Under the pieces are notes generated by a model. It saw only the letters and a list, made by a program, of their open reading frames with translations, was not told where the DNA came from and did no database searches. A stretch of 64,000 nt of DNA from an uncultured Dialister sp. (GTDB lineage: Bacteria > Bacillota > Negativicutes > Veillonellales > Dialisteraceae), in contig CAKPUX010000002.1 of assembly GCA_934193095.1 (NCBI GenBank), positions 17,863 through 81,862 of the forward strand, written 5' to 3'. The translations under genes and the position numbers were made by a program. The stretch's first letter is position 1, and every line of letters starts with the position of its first letter. Positions 47,888 through 56,695 of this stretch are shown here, in pieces.

Positions 47888-48559
47888 ATGCTATGGATCA
47901 TCACTGATACACACCTTGGCCATTACGCCATGATAAAGAGCTGCGGAAGGCCGGAAAACTTTGACGCGATCATCTGCCGGAACTGGCGAGAGAGGGTGAA
48001 GCCACAGGACACAGTCATCCATCTTGGCGACTGCGCCTGGCGCCTGGAAGGGATGAAGCGGCTTCTGGGGTTGCCGGGGAAGAAAATCCTTGTGCGCGGC
48101 AATCATGATGACAAGTCGCTGGGAAAGTACATGGAAATGGGCTGGGACTTTGCCTGCGATTCCATCGTCATGAAACTCGGCGGTGTAGTGATCCTTTTCT
48201 CCCACAAGCCTCGCTTGGGACATCGGGCAGACATCAATATCCATGGGCATTACCACAACCTGCATCGTGAAGATTTCTCCCGTCTCTATCTTCCGCTGTC
48301 ACTGGAGGCGATGGGGTATCAACCAATTGCGCTTGACACGGAGTTTCTGGGAACGATAGCGAGCTGGGTTAGTAAAAAGCGCATCCCCAAGCTAAAAGAA
48401 ATCTACGAGCTCAAGCAGAACCATCGGACACTTTGCCAGAGAGATATTTATGGACGACAGGGGAAAGAGTGTTTCTTTCGTAAATTTGAGGGGACGCCAG
48501 AGCTGAACATCCATGCAATGATGGAAAAGTTCTGCACGATTCCTGCTGATTCTACCTGA
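47888..48559 (+). CDS. Small metallophosphoesterase (COG4186-like, phage-type)
   Basis: ITDTHLGH, HLGDCAW, RGNHD, FSHKP and HGHYH form the calcineurin-like metal-binding motif set. Confidence 0.8.
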   Translation: MLWIITDTHLGHYAMIKSCGRPENFDAIICRNWRERVKPQDTVIHLGDCAWRLEGMKRLLGLPGKKILVRGNHDDKSLGKYMEMGWDFACDSIVMKLGGVVILFSHKPRLGHRADINIHGHYHNLHREDFSRLYLPLSLEAMGYQPIALDTEFLGTIASWVSKKRIPKLKEIYELKQNHRTLCQRDIYGRQGKECFFRKFEGTPELNIHAMMEKFCTIPADST

Positions 48560-48574
48560 TCTTGGGGAAGGGAA

Positions 48575-49180
48575 ATGACTATGAAAAAATACGAAAAAGG
48601 GTATCATGATGCACAATGGGAGATGGCGAACCGGCTTTATGAGTGCTATTTAAATAAATACATATTTGGCATGAGTTGGCAAATGATTGAATATATTACC
48701 GGACTATCGCTTGATGACCTTGAAAAGTTGCTATTTGAGTATGACGAGGAATTGACTGCTGCCTGTCTGGCAGAGTCGGACTCGCTGGAGGAAAAGATAT
48801 ATCGTCTGCATATTGAACGATACAGCAATGAATATATTCAGGAACAGCTTGGCGTAACGGAAGAGAAAATAAGATCGGTGATCGAAGGGAAAAACGGATG
48901 CTGCAAAGACGTTTACTATACAGTTTACAAAAAGCTCAAGGCGAAAAAACACAAGAATATTGCGGAGTATCAGTATTATCGCAATTTTACTATAGGCCGG
49001 AAAACTGGACATGAAGAGGTGCGATGGGAATGGGTACATAGGCTGCATGAAGCAGGAATGAATACGGATGAGATTTCTGAAATCCTTAAATATCTGCAGA
49101 AAGATGTAGAACGCCTATTGATGATGAAAAAAGAAGAAATCGAAGACTGGGTCAAGGATCATTGGCAAGATGAAAACTAA
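48575..49180 (+). CDS. Hypothetical protein with three HTH-like repeats
   Basis: Repeats GMSWQMIEYITGLSLDDLEKLL, YSNEYIQEQLGVTEEKIRSVIE and GMNTDEISEILKYLQKDVERLL. RBS ggggaaggg. Confidence 0.6.
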   Translation: MTMKKYEKGYHDAQWEMANRLYECYLNKYIFGMSWQMIEYITGLSLDDLEKLLFEYDEELTAACLAESDSLEEKIYRLHIERYSNEYIQEQLGVTEEKIRSVIEGKNGCCKDVYYTVYKKLKAKKHKNIAEYQYYRNFTIGRKTGHEEVRWEWVHRLHEAGMNTDEISEILKYLQKDVERLLMMKKEEIEDWVKDHWQDEN

Positions 49181-49687
49181 GGGGAAAATCTATAAGATTG
49201 GTGTCGGACCCTGAAGCAAAAGAAAAACTGCTAAATAATTTGGATAAGACAGTCATGTAGGCGGCTGTAGGAAAGAGTCTCCTAAACTGCTGGCTGCAGA
49301 ATTGAAGTCAAATAAAATCTGCGGAAGACCGTTGACACTAGAATAAGTCGGGTACTATCTGGATTCTTCTATTGAGAAGTACGAGGATCACGCGGCTTCC
49401 GTTGGCAAAGAGTAGTGAGGTTGACAGAAGAATACAATTGGTGGGTACTGTGCTAGCAAAAGGAAGTCGCGATTTTTTATGATTAAAGATTGGCTCACTT
49501 TTTCATTGACATTCACACCTTTGCCAAAGAAGAAGCCGATGCGGCCCTTAAAGCCATCGACGTCGATAACCTGTAGCAGCTCATCGAAGCGCAGATGAAG
49601 AACCTCACCGAATCTGAGATGCCAGATGTGTATTTCATAAATCCGCTCTTCTTCTTTGTTGGAAAAAGGGAAAATTTGCCAACAAAT

Positions 49688-49720
49688 TAAAAAGAGAGCA
49701 GATGTGTCTGCTCTCCTTTT
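49688..49720. terminator. Bidirectional hairpin terminator
   Basis: aaaaagagagcaga tgtg tctgctctcctttt. Confidence 0.7.
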
Positions 49721-49730
49721 GAAATGGTGT

Positions 49731-49964
49731 TTAGCGCTTAAATCTACCAGCGTAGTAAGATGCTATTCCGTACCCGTCGTTGGCTCCATCATCATACCCT
49801 AAATGGTAACCTTGGCGGCGTCCCCGAATATAAGCGGCTTTCTTCTCTTCCTCCATTTGTTGCTTTAAGCGACGAATCCGTTCTTCCGTCTGCACTTCTT
49901 TCTGGTAAATCATACTTGCTTCCCTAAAGTTATCTGCTTGGTCGCTTATCAGATAGCCCGCCAT
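49731..49964 (-). CDS. Hypothetical small protein (77 aa, Gly/Tyr-rich C-terminus)
   Basis: ORF followed by the terminator at 49688-49720. Charged helical centre and GYHLGYDDGANDGYGIASYYAG tail. No family recognised. Confidence 0.4.
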   Translation of the reverse strand: MAGYLISDQADNFREASMIYQKEVQTEERIRRLKQQMEEEKKAAYIRGRRQGYHLGYDDGANDGYGIASYYAGRFKR

Positions 49965-50066
49965 CTTTTGTCAGGCAGCCGCATTATAGATAAATTTTTT
50001 TATACAGTTATATGTCTTGGTACTATAATATGGTTAATACACTTTTATTGAAAGGATTTGAGAACT

Positions 50067-51296
50067 ATGATCTTGTTGCATATTCCTGAGGCCAAAGGCT
50101 ATACTAAAGAAAAACAAGAATTTAGAGACAAGATAAAAAAGGAGTTTGGTGTTAGATGGAATCGAGACTTAATAAACCCAGTAACCAATACTAAAGGTTG
50201 CTGGTGCATTTCTGGTGATAAGGCCGCTGGTATTCCCTCCAAATGGTTAATTAGCCAGGAAATAAATTTTGCAGATTTTCTTATGAACGCTGGTAAGCAG
50301 GTACAAGTTCCTAACCTTTTATACACATTCAAAGCGGATGTGCATGATGTATATTGCGGCCCTAATGAAGCTTTTTACATGTATACCTTGTTTACGGAAC
50401 ATAATCTTAAAAGAACCATTAAAGTAAAGGTGCCTTTTAACCTGCTCGAAGATAAGCATTACAAGGAATTCATTGATAAAGAAGTTGAAGTGACCGGTCG
50501 TGTTTTTGTATACAAGCCTTACCTTACATTCCAGATAGAGGCAATTAGCTTTAAACTGGTTGGGTCATGCACGCGGTTAAAAGAGTTAGAAAAATGGCAA
50601 TCTGTATGTGATGAATTGGTTACGAAAAAAGTAGCAAATAACGATCCCTGGCCAGATGGAATCCAAAAAGTTGGATTGATTGCAAATACGAATAGCAGTG
50701 GTTATGTTGATTTTATTGATGAAATAACAAAGCATAATGCAATACTATCAGAAAATATCATCACAAAAAATGTTACGATGAAGCTGGAAGATATAGTGAA
50801 CGCATTGCAAGAATTAAATAAAGAGTCTAATTGTGATGTTATTTGTATTGTTCGTGGCGGGGGAGATCCGGAAACCCTCATAGACTATTCTCGGCCAGAA
50901 TTCTTGGAAGCTATTGTAAATTCAAAAATACCAGTTGTAACAGGCATTGGGCATTCCACTGATAATCTATTGTGTAAACAAGTGGCATTTCATGCATCTA
51001 AGACTCCTACTGCTGCTGCTAATTATATCAATACACAGGTATATAAGAAGAAAAAAGAAAAGCGGGGAGAACAACAAGCCAAGTTCTTCAATCAGCAATT
51101 AGAAAAAAGGGAAAGGGCCGCTATTAATTGGAAGGAAAGATGCCTAAACGCGGAGAAAAAAATAGAAGAACTTGAAAAAGAAATCAGTGCGTTAAATACT
51201 CAAATTGCGAAATTAAGTCAGAAGAAAGCAGAGATAACCTCTGAAAAACAGCCAGAGCCTAAGAAGCAGAATTGGTTTTCAAAACTCTTCAAGTAA
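50067..51296 (+). CDS. XseA-like (exonuclease VII large subunit-like) protein with extra N-terminal domain
   Basis: OB-fold-like VEVTGRVFVYKPYLTFQIEA. XseA catalytic-domain signature VICIVRGGGDPETLIDY...IPVVTGIGHSTDNLLCKQVAFHASKTPTAAANYI. Coiled-coil tail. The N-terminal ~60 aa (..IPEAKGYTKEKQEFRDKIKKEFGVRWNRD..) resemble a DUF5710-type module. ATG 50067 is preferred over TTG 50058. Confidence 0.7.
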   Translation: MILLHIPEAKGYTKEKQEFRDKIKKEFGVRWNRDLINPVTNTKGCWCISGDKAAGIPSKWLISQEINFADFLMNAGKQVQVPNLLYTFKADVHDVYCGPNEAFYMYTLFTEHNLKRTIKVKVPFNLLEDKHYKEFIDKEVEVTGRVFVYKPYLTFQIEAISFKLVGSCTRLKELEKWQSVCDELVTKKVANNDPWPDGIQKVGLIANTNSSGYVDFIDEITKHNAILSENIITKNVTMKLEDIVNALQELNKESNCDVICIVRGGGDPETLIDYSRPEFLEAIVNSKIPVVTGIGHSTDNLLCKQVAFHASKTPTAAANYINTQVYKKKKEKRGEQQAKFFNQQLEKRERAAINWKERCLNAEKKIEELEKEISALNTQIAKLSQKKAEITSEKQPEPKKQNWFSKLFK

Positions 51297-51340
51297 ATCC
51301 TAAGTTGATATAAATTGCCGTAAAATCAAGGAAAATAGAA

Positions 51341-51378
51341 CCTTACAGGACTAGAAATAATCTTGTAGGGCTTTGTTC
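51341..51378. repeat. Hairpin of the ..CAGGACTAGA.ATA.TCTTG.AGGGCTTT family
   Basis: ccttacaggactagaaataatcttgtagggctttgttc. Confidence 0.55.
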
Positions 51379-51454
51379 TAAATAAAGTTTTTCTATATAG
51401 CCATATATTGTCATACTGTTATAGTATAATAAAGGAAACAGGAGGTGATACAGG

Positions 51455-51818
51455 ATGCTGAGATGGAAAAACTATTGCATCGCCGGATTATTATGTTCGC
51501 CTAAGAGATATACAAATTTCATTAGGCCTGGAACTAAAGCAAATGGGCAATCTGATATGCATTCCTGAAGTTACCTATTTATACTATGAACGTGCTAATA
51601 CAATTGAGATGTCTTTAGAAACTTTGATTCAATTTGCTGTTAAAACTTGGCGTCTCACTTGATTTCCTGATGGGCTTAACGGATGAACTAGCGCCATATA
51701 CATCTGCTTCAAACTCTGCGCCGCTGGAGAGAGCAGACACTTCAAGGGTTAGAGAAATGCGGCTTGAACAGGGGATTACGGGAAAAGCCATGGTGGAACA
51801 GTTAGAAGTTTCCGGCGG
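51455..51818 (+). pseudogene. Frameshifted XRE-family HTH regulator remnants
   Basis: Pieces in different frames: MEKLLHRRIIMFA*, LRDIQISLGLELKQMGNLICIPEVTYLYYERANTIEMSLETLIQFAVK and LGVSLDFLMGLTDE. A second HTH start REMRLEQGITGKAMVEQLEVS is cut off at the recombinase junction. Confidence 0.55.
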
Positions 51819-52805
51819 ATGATAGCAGATGCAGAAGCCGGGAAGATTGACATCATCATCACCAAATCCATACAGCGCTTCGCGAGAAATACTGTCGACC
51901 TTCTCCAGACAGTACGACAATTAAAAGAACAAGGGGGCGAGGTCTGGTTCGAAAAAGAGAATATCCATACCATGAGCGGGGATGGGGAACTGATGATGAC
52001 CATTCTCGCATCCCTTGCCCAGGCGGAAAGCCGTTCCATCAGTGAAAATGTCAGATGGAGAGTAAAGAAACGATTTGAGAAGGGCATCCCCAATGGGCAT
52101 TTCCGAATTTATGGTTATCGCTGGGAGGACGACCAGTTAGTTGTCATTCCTTCGGAAGCGGCCATCGTCAAACGCATCTTCCAGAATTTCATTGACGGGA
52201 AGTCCCGGCTGGAAACAGAGCTGGAATTTGCTGCGGAGGGGATCAAGACGCGAAACGGTTGCCAATGGCTGGATTCGAATATCAAAAAGATTCTTACTAA
52301 CATCACCTATACAGGCAACTTGCTATTACAAAAGGAGTACATTACAGACCCCATCACCAAGCATCGGAAGAAGAACCAGGGTGAGCTGACAAAGTACTAC
52401 GTCGAGAATACTCATGAAGCCATTATCGATAAAGAGACATTCGATTATGTGCAGCAGGAAATGGCACGGCGGCGTGAGCTGGGTCCATTGGCAAACAAAG
52501 CGCTGAATACCTCCTGCTTCACGGGAAAAATCAAGTGCGGTATCTGTGGCAAAAGCTTCGTCCATTGTATCCGTCATGACAGAGGTGGTTCAGAAGTATG
52601 GGAATGCCAGTCTCATAAAGTAAGGAACTGCAAGTGCAGCATGAAGGGCGCTGTTCCTGCTAAAGTGCTGCATGAAGAATGCGCTGCGGTCCTCAGTCTG
52701 GAAGAATTCAACAGGCTATGGTGCAGTCTGGTAGACTTCATCACCGTTTACAGCAAAGAAGACATTCGGGTAACCTTCAAAGACGGGACAGAAATCAAAG
52801 CATAA
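51819..52805 (+). pseudogene. Large serine recombinase lacking the N-terminal catalytic-Ser segment
   Basis: Begins inside the resolvase domain (..GKIDIIITKSIQRFARNTVDLL..LAQAESRSISENV..). The recombinase domain and zinc ribbon (CGICGKSF..C..C.C) are present. No upstream in-frame Y.R.S..Q segment exists. Confidence 0.7.
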
Positions 52806-52809
52806 AAAG

Positions 52810-52854
52810 AAATAGAGACAGCTTGTCCGAACAAACAGCAAGCTGTCTCTATTT
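52810..52854. terminator. Bidirectional terminator between convergent genes
   Basis: AAATAGAGACAGCTTG ... CAAGCTGTCTCTATTT, a perfect 16-bp stem flanked by A and T runs. Confidence 0.85.
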
Positions 52855-52859
52855 TCTTT

Positions 52860-54017
52860 TTACAAGGAATTCAACATAGCCCGAAGCCTTTTTTCAGCGG
52901 TACTGTAAATATTATCTAACGTGTCCAAGTCTTCTGCGAGTTCAGCCATAACGATTTCGACACATTCTTGATTGGTAAAGATGCGCCGATACAGGCTGAT
53001 GGATTCAAAGTGGTATAAAAGTTTTTGCCGAAGTTCCCCATCAGAAAATTCTAAGCGCCCCTGTAGATTTGCAAGCCATTGCTTTATTGCAGGGGGCAAT
53101 TTAACAGATGAGTGATCATAGGGGAAATCATATTCTAAAGCAAGTTGCAATCTGAATTTTTTACCGATGTCATCGAATTCATTATTATCCATACCGCTCA
53201 AATCATAAGCGATTACTTCACACAATAGGTTGAATGCCTGGTCATATCGCTTTTCTTCGAAGAGAAATTCATACATATTGAGCCTGGTATTGCGATAAAG
53301 GCCCATGTCACCTTCGTGCAGGTGTTTAAGTGATTCCTCATTGAAGAACTGCCAGATAAGATCCCGATAGCCAAAATGGCGGGGATTCTTATGATTCAGA
53401 CGGTCGTTCATCTCCCAGACGGACATGTACTTATGGCGGTGGAGATAGGGGACATATTGGTTTTCCGCAAGCTCCTGCTGCCCGGATTCTGTCAGTTCAT
53501 AAAAACGCACAGGAAATTTTTTCTCCAAGTCTTCGAGCGATGCATTTTCTAATAAACGGTCGATCAGCTCCGCTTTCTTTCCGCTTACCTTCTGGCCGAT
53601 GGCCTTCAGTTCCTTTTTAATCATTGGCACCGTCAGATTTTGAATGGCAGACCGTAAATCCCCTGGCTGGATGAATCCTCTTCTTTCGAGTGATTTCAGC
53701 ACAGCACCAGGATGCTCTACCGAATACTCATAATACCAAAATCCCTGGAAATGATTATTCCTGGAACTGGTAGAAAACGTGTGTGCATAGTCCAGCATCA
53801 AGATTTCATGCGGGTACAAACCTCTTTTTGTAGGGACCGCTTTTTTTAGAAGCACATTGAGCGGGACTATATCTGGCGACGGGCTGTCAGCAGGAGGTTC
53901 CTGTGAAAAGGTAATTTTCACAAGAGGAGGATTATCTTGCGCAGTCGTCTGCTCTATTACTGGCAGGTTGTCGGTGGAATTGTGAAATATTTTTTTGAAA
54001 ACGTCGAATAGGCCCAT
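52860..54017 (-). CDS. Hypothetical SAP-domain-containing protein
   Basis: RBS aaggag lies 8 nt before ATG 54017 (MGLFDVFKK..). SAP-like helix-extended-helix LTVPMIKKELKAIGQKVSGKKAELIDRLLE. Confidence 0.65.
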   Translation of the reverse strand: MGLFDVFKKIFHNSTDNLPVIEQTTAQDNPPLVKITFSQEPPADSPSPDIVPLNVLLKKAVPTKRGLYPHEILMLDYAHTFSTSSRNNHFQGFWYYEYSVEHPGAVLKSLERRGFIQPGDLRSAIQNLTVPMIKKELKAIGQKVSGKKAELIDRLLENASLEDLEKKFPVRFYELTESGQQELAENQYVPYLHRHKYMSVWEMNDRLNHKNPRHFGYRDLIWQFFNEESLKHLHEGDMGLYRNTRLNMYEFLFEEKRYDQAFNLLCEVIAYDLSGMDNNEFDDIGKKFRLQLALEYDFPYDHSSVKLPPAIKQWLANLQGRLEFSDGELRQKLLYHFESISLYRRIFTNQECVEIVMAELAEDLDTLDNIYSTAEKRLRAMLNSL

Positions 54018-54124
54018 GTAATCTACTCCTTCTCGTTGGATTTCTTTTCCTTCAGTATACCATGCTGACGGAGATTTGTAAGGGAAACGTTCTACATACC
54101 GATGCACACGGGGGTGTTCAAAAT

Positions 54125-54480
54125 CCTTGCAATCGTTTCATTGTATCAATTACGTGACCTGTTGAGATTCTTGCTGTGGATCCGGGGAAGAAAAAATGTT
54201 TGTGCAGTCCATGAAATTCATCGAAACGCACAGCGGGCGCAATGATAATGTTTCCATCTTCGGACAGAAATCAAATCCGGACACCTGAAAATGGCGGAAA
54301 TCAATATGGCCATCCGTGGAATTGAGGCAAATCTGGGGGTGTATCCGAAGGATACCTTTGTTATAGACTTGCAGTCGTGAGCGCTTCGACTTCATCATGG
54401 CCCCTTCAGCCTGTCGAACTGAGGGCAGAAAAATCTGGTGGATGACCTGCGTTCCCTCCTCACTTGATTCGGAAATCAAT
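54125..54480 (+). pseudogene. hsdM: Type I restriction-modification methyltransferase (HsdM) remnant, 5'-truncated and frameshifted
   Basis: Frame 1 reads DSCCGSGEEKMFVQSMKFIETHSGRNDNVSIFGQKSNPDT* (AdoMet motif D..CGSG and GQ.SN). After a shift it reads LKMAEINMAIRGIEANLGVYPKDTFVIDLQS*. After another shift it reads RERFDFIMAPSA.., with the NPPF motif destroyed. Confidence 0.65.
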
Positions 54481-54510
54481 TGACCGGTGTCTTACCACAT
54501 AACCTCAAAT

Positions 54511-54548
54511 CAAAAAACGCTATCCACGAAAATGTGGATAGCGTTTTA
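54511..54548 (-). terminator. Rho-independent terminator for fabK
   Basis: aacgctatccac / gtggatagcgtt stem with a T-run on the minus strand. Confidence 0.8.
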
Positions 54549-54596
54549 TCATGTCTAAAGTCTAATGGCTGATGTCTAGTCACCAGTCGCCAGCGA

Positions 54597-55655
54597 TTAG
54601 TCCTGGGTCAGTTCCTGGATGAGCTCATGGACGGTCGTGATCTTATCGATGCGATAGGCGTTCGCACCGCAGAAGACGAGGCCGTGGTCTACATCGCCGT
54701 GGACGGCGTGGATGAGGGCCATGGTGATGCAGTAGGGGGTGGTCGCCGGGTCGCAGGTCTTGAGGCAGTGGAAGCAGCCCTGCGGCGGGATGCGGTGCTC
54801 GGTGAAGGCTTTGACGAAAGGGTTCAGGAGCGCGCGGCCTGGCATGTGGACCGGGCTCTGTACGATGGTGACGTCGCTCTCTTTGGCATTCACATACATC
54901 TGTTTGAATTCGTCAGCGGCGTCGCATTCTTTGGTGGCGACGAAACGGGTCGCCATCTGCACGCCGGAGAGACCGAGGGAGAGGTAGTGCTCGATGTCTT
55001 TCTTATCGAAGACGCCGCCGCCGAAGATGACGGGGATCTTCTTTTCGAATTTTTCTTCAAATTCTTTGACAACGGCAAGGATTTCTTTGATTTCATTTTC
55101 ATAGCCGTCGCTTTCGTGCTCCTTTACCTGTTCTCTGGTGTAACCGAGATGGCCGCCGGCTTTCGGGCCTTCGATGACGACCATGTCAGCGGTACGGTGA
55201 TGGTGGCGTTCCCACAGCTTCAGGATGACGCGGGCTGCTTTCGGGGAGCCGATGATCGGGGCGATCTTGGTGTCTGTGCCTTCCACGCAGGCGGGGAGAT
55301 CGGCAGGAAGTCCCGCGCCGGAGAAGATGATGTCTGCACCGTTTTCTGCTGCGCAGCGGGCATAGTCTTCATAGTGATGGCCTTTGGACATGATGTTCAC
55401 GCCGATGATGCCGGTCTTTGCTTTTTCTCTGGCTTTCAGCAGTTCGGATTTCAGTGCGCGAAGGTTAGCATTCACTGTATTTGTTTTGAAGTCTGGTTCA
55501 TTGAAGCCTACGTTGGCAGCAGAGATGACACCTACACCGCCTTCATTGGCTACGGCACTTGCGAGGCCTGAGAGGCTGACGCCGATGCCCATGCCTCCCT
55601 GTACGATCGGTACGGTAGCGGTCAGGTTGCCAATGTGTAATGCTGGTAATTTCAT
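54597..55655 (-). CDS. fabK: Nitronate monooxygenase-family enoyl-ACP reductase II (FabK-like)
   Basis: FMN-binding NMO fold motifs IVQGGMGIGVS, EGPKAGGHLG and GVQMATRF. Positioned divergent to the fapR-fab operon. Confidence 0.7.
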   Translation of the reverse strand: MKLPALHIGNLTATVPIVQGGMGIGVSLSGLASAVANEGGVGVISAANVGFNEPDFKTNTVNANLRALKSELLKAREKAKTGIIGVNIMSKGHHYEDYARCAAENGADIIFSGAGLPADLPACVEGTDTKIAPIIGSPKAARVILKLWERHHHRTADMVVIEGPKAGGHLGYTREQVKEHESDGYENEIKEILAVVKEFEEKFEKKIPVIFGGGVFDKKDIEHYLSLGLSGVQMATRFVATKECDAADEFKQMYVNAKESDVTIVQSPVHMPGRALLNPFVKAFTEHRIPPQGCFHCLKTCDPATTPYCITMALIHAVHGDVDHGLVFCGANAYRIDKITTVHELIQELTQD

Positions 55656-56146
55656 GTGATTTTCTCCTAAAATATTCTACAAATCTCACTTTTAAATAAC
55701 TATACGGTATCACAGATATGTTTGACAAAATAGCAAGCATGAAGTATCCTGTATTTACTGTAGTTTATGCCATGAGATGAAATAAGTCAATGGATAAGTT
55801 TTTAAACAATCCTGAATTTTTAGCAAACGAATTACGCGGCGCGTTTAAATTATCACCTGGTGATAAAATCCGAGGCGAAAAAAGTCAGTAAATGTGGGCG
55901 ATTTCCCTGATTCGGAAAGAAGCCCATCAGGGAGATGCTTTACAAAGTATCTTTTAGAAATCGCTAAAACAAATGAAATTTTAATCTACGGATTCAGTGA
56001 GTCGCCCATGATATCGATGAAAATCTAAGGAATGTGAAAGAAATATGATTTCCTGCATATGTCTCAAAGAAAGGCTCTTTGCTTATTCAATTTCTTCGTG
56101 CAATCCTTGACTGCTTGTGATATAGTATTATCAGCAGGTGATAAAA

Positions 56147-56683
56147 ATGAGCAGAAATTTCAAAATGGATAAAACCCAAAGACGCGATGCGATACAGAGC
56201 CTGCTCCGCCAACATCCATGTCTGACAGATGGAGATCTGGCAGAGAAATTTTCTGTATCAAGAGCTACGATCCGTCTGGACAGGCAGGCGCTTGGCATCC
56301 CACAGATGCGTGACCGTATGGAGCACCTCGTGGCAGGAAGTCCGGAGGCGCGCGGGCTGCAGATCTTAGACAAGGATATCGGTATCAAAGGCGTGGGTCT
56401 CTTTCAGACCAGCGATGAGATGGCGGATAATCTCGGCGTGGTGGCTGCGGAAAAATTATATGGCGCAGCTGCTGCATTCGCCGAGTCGCTGGCCGGTGTG
56501 CCTTTCGCTTCGACGCAGGTCGGAAATATCAAATATAAGATCGCTGTCGAGCCCGGCACGGCGCTTGTCGTGAAAGGGCGGATCGTATTGGTCAGAGGAA
56601 ATAAAAAACATATCTATATCAGTTTCTTTGACGGTGATAAAGAAGTATACCGCGCAAAATTTATTATGCAGATCCTGCAGTAA
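56147..56683 (+). CDS. fapR: Fatty acid/phospholipid synthesis regulator FapR
   Basis: MSRNFKMDKTQRRDAIQSLLRQHPCLTDGDLAEKFSVSRATIRLDRQALGIP parallels the B. subtilis FapR N-terminus. Has a hotdog-type C-terminal half, lies upstream of plsX, and has RBS aggtga 5 nt before ATG 56147. Confidence 0.88.
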   Translation: MSRNFKMDKTQRRDAIQSLLRQHPCLTDGDLAEKFSVSRATIRLDRQALGIPQMRDRMEHLVAGSPEARGLQILDKDIGIKGVGLFQTSDEMADNLGVVAAEKLYGAAAAFAESLAGVPFASTQVGNIKYKIAVEPGTALVVKGRIVLVRGNKKHIYISFFDGDKEVYRAKFIMQILQ

Positions 56684-56695
56684 TGGAGGCGTCCT

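Noticed and set aside
54150-54479. 109-aa minus-strand ORF next to fabK.
   Set aside because: The plus strand of the same region reconstructs an HsdM fragment in three frames. The minus-strand ORF has no RBS or similarity that I can recognise.
55780-56035. Small ORFs in the fabK-fapR divergent spacer (MDKFLNNPEFLANELRGAFKLSPGDKIRGEKSQ, 33 aa, and a following frame reading ..YLLEIAKTNEILIYGFSESP..).
   Set aside because: They are too short, have no clear RBS, and may be a frameshifted remnant. I cannot assign a family, so they are not called.
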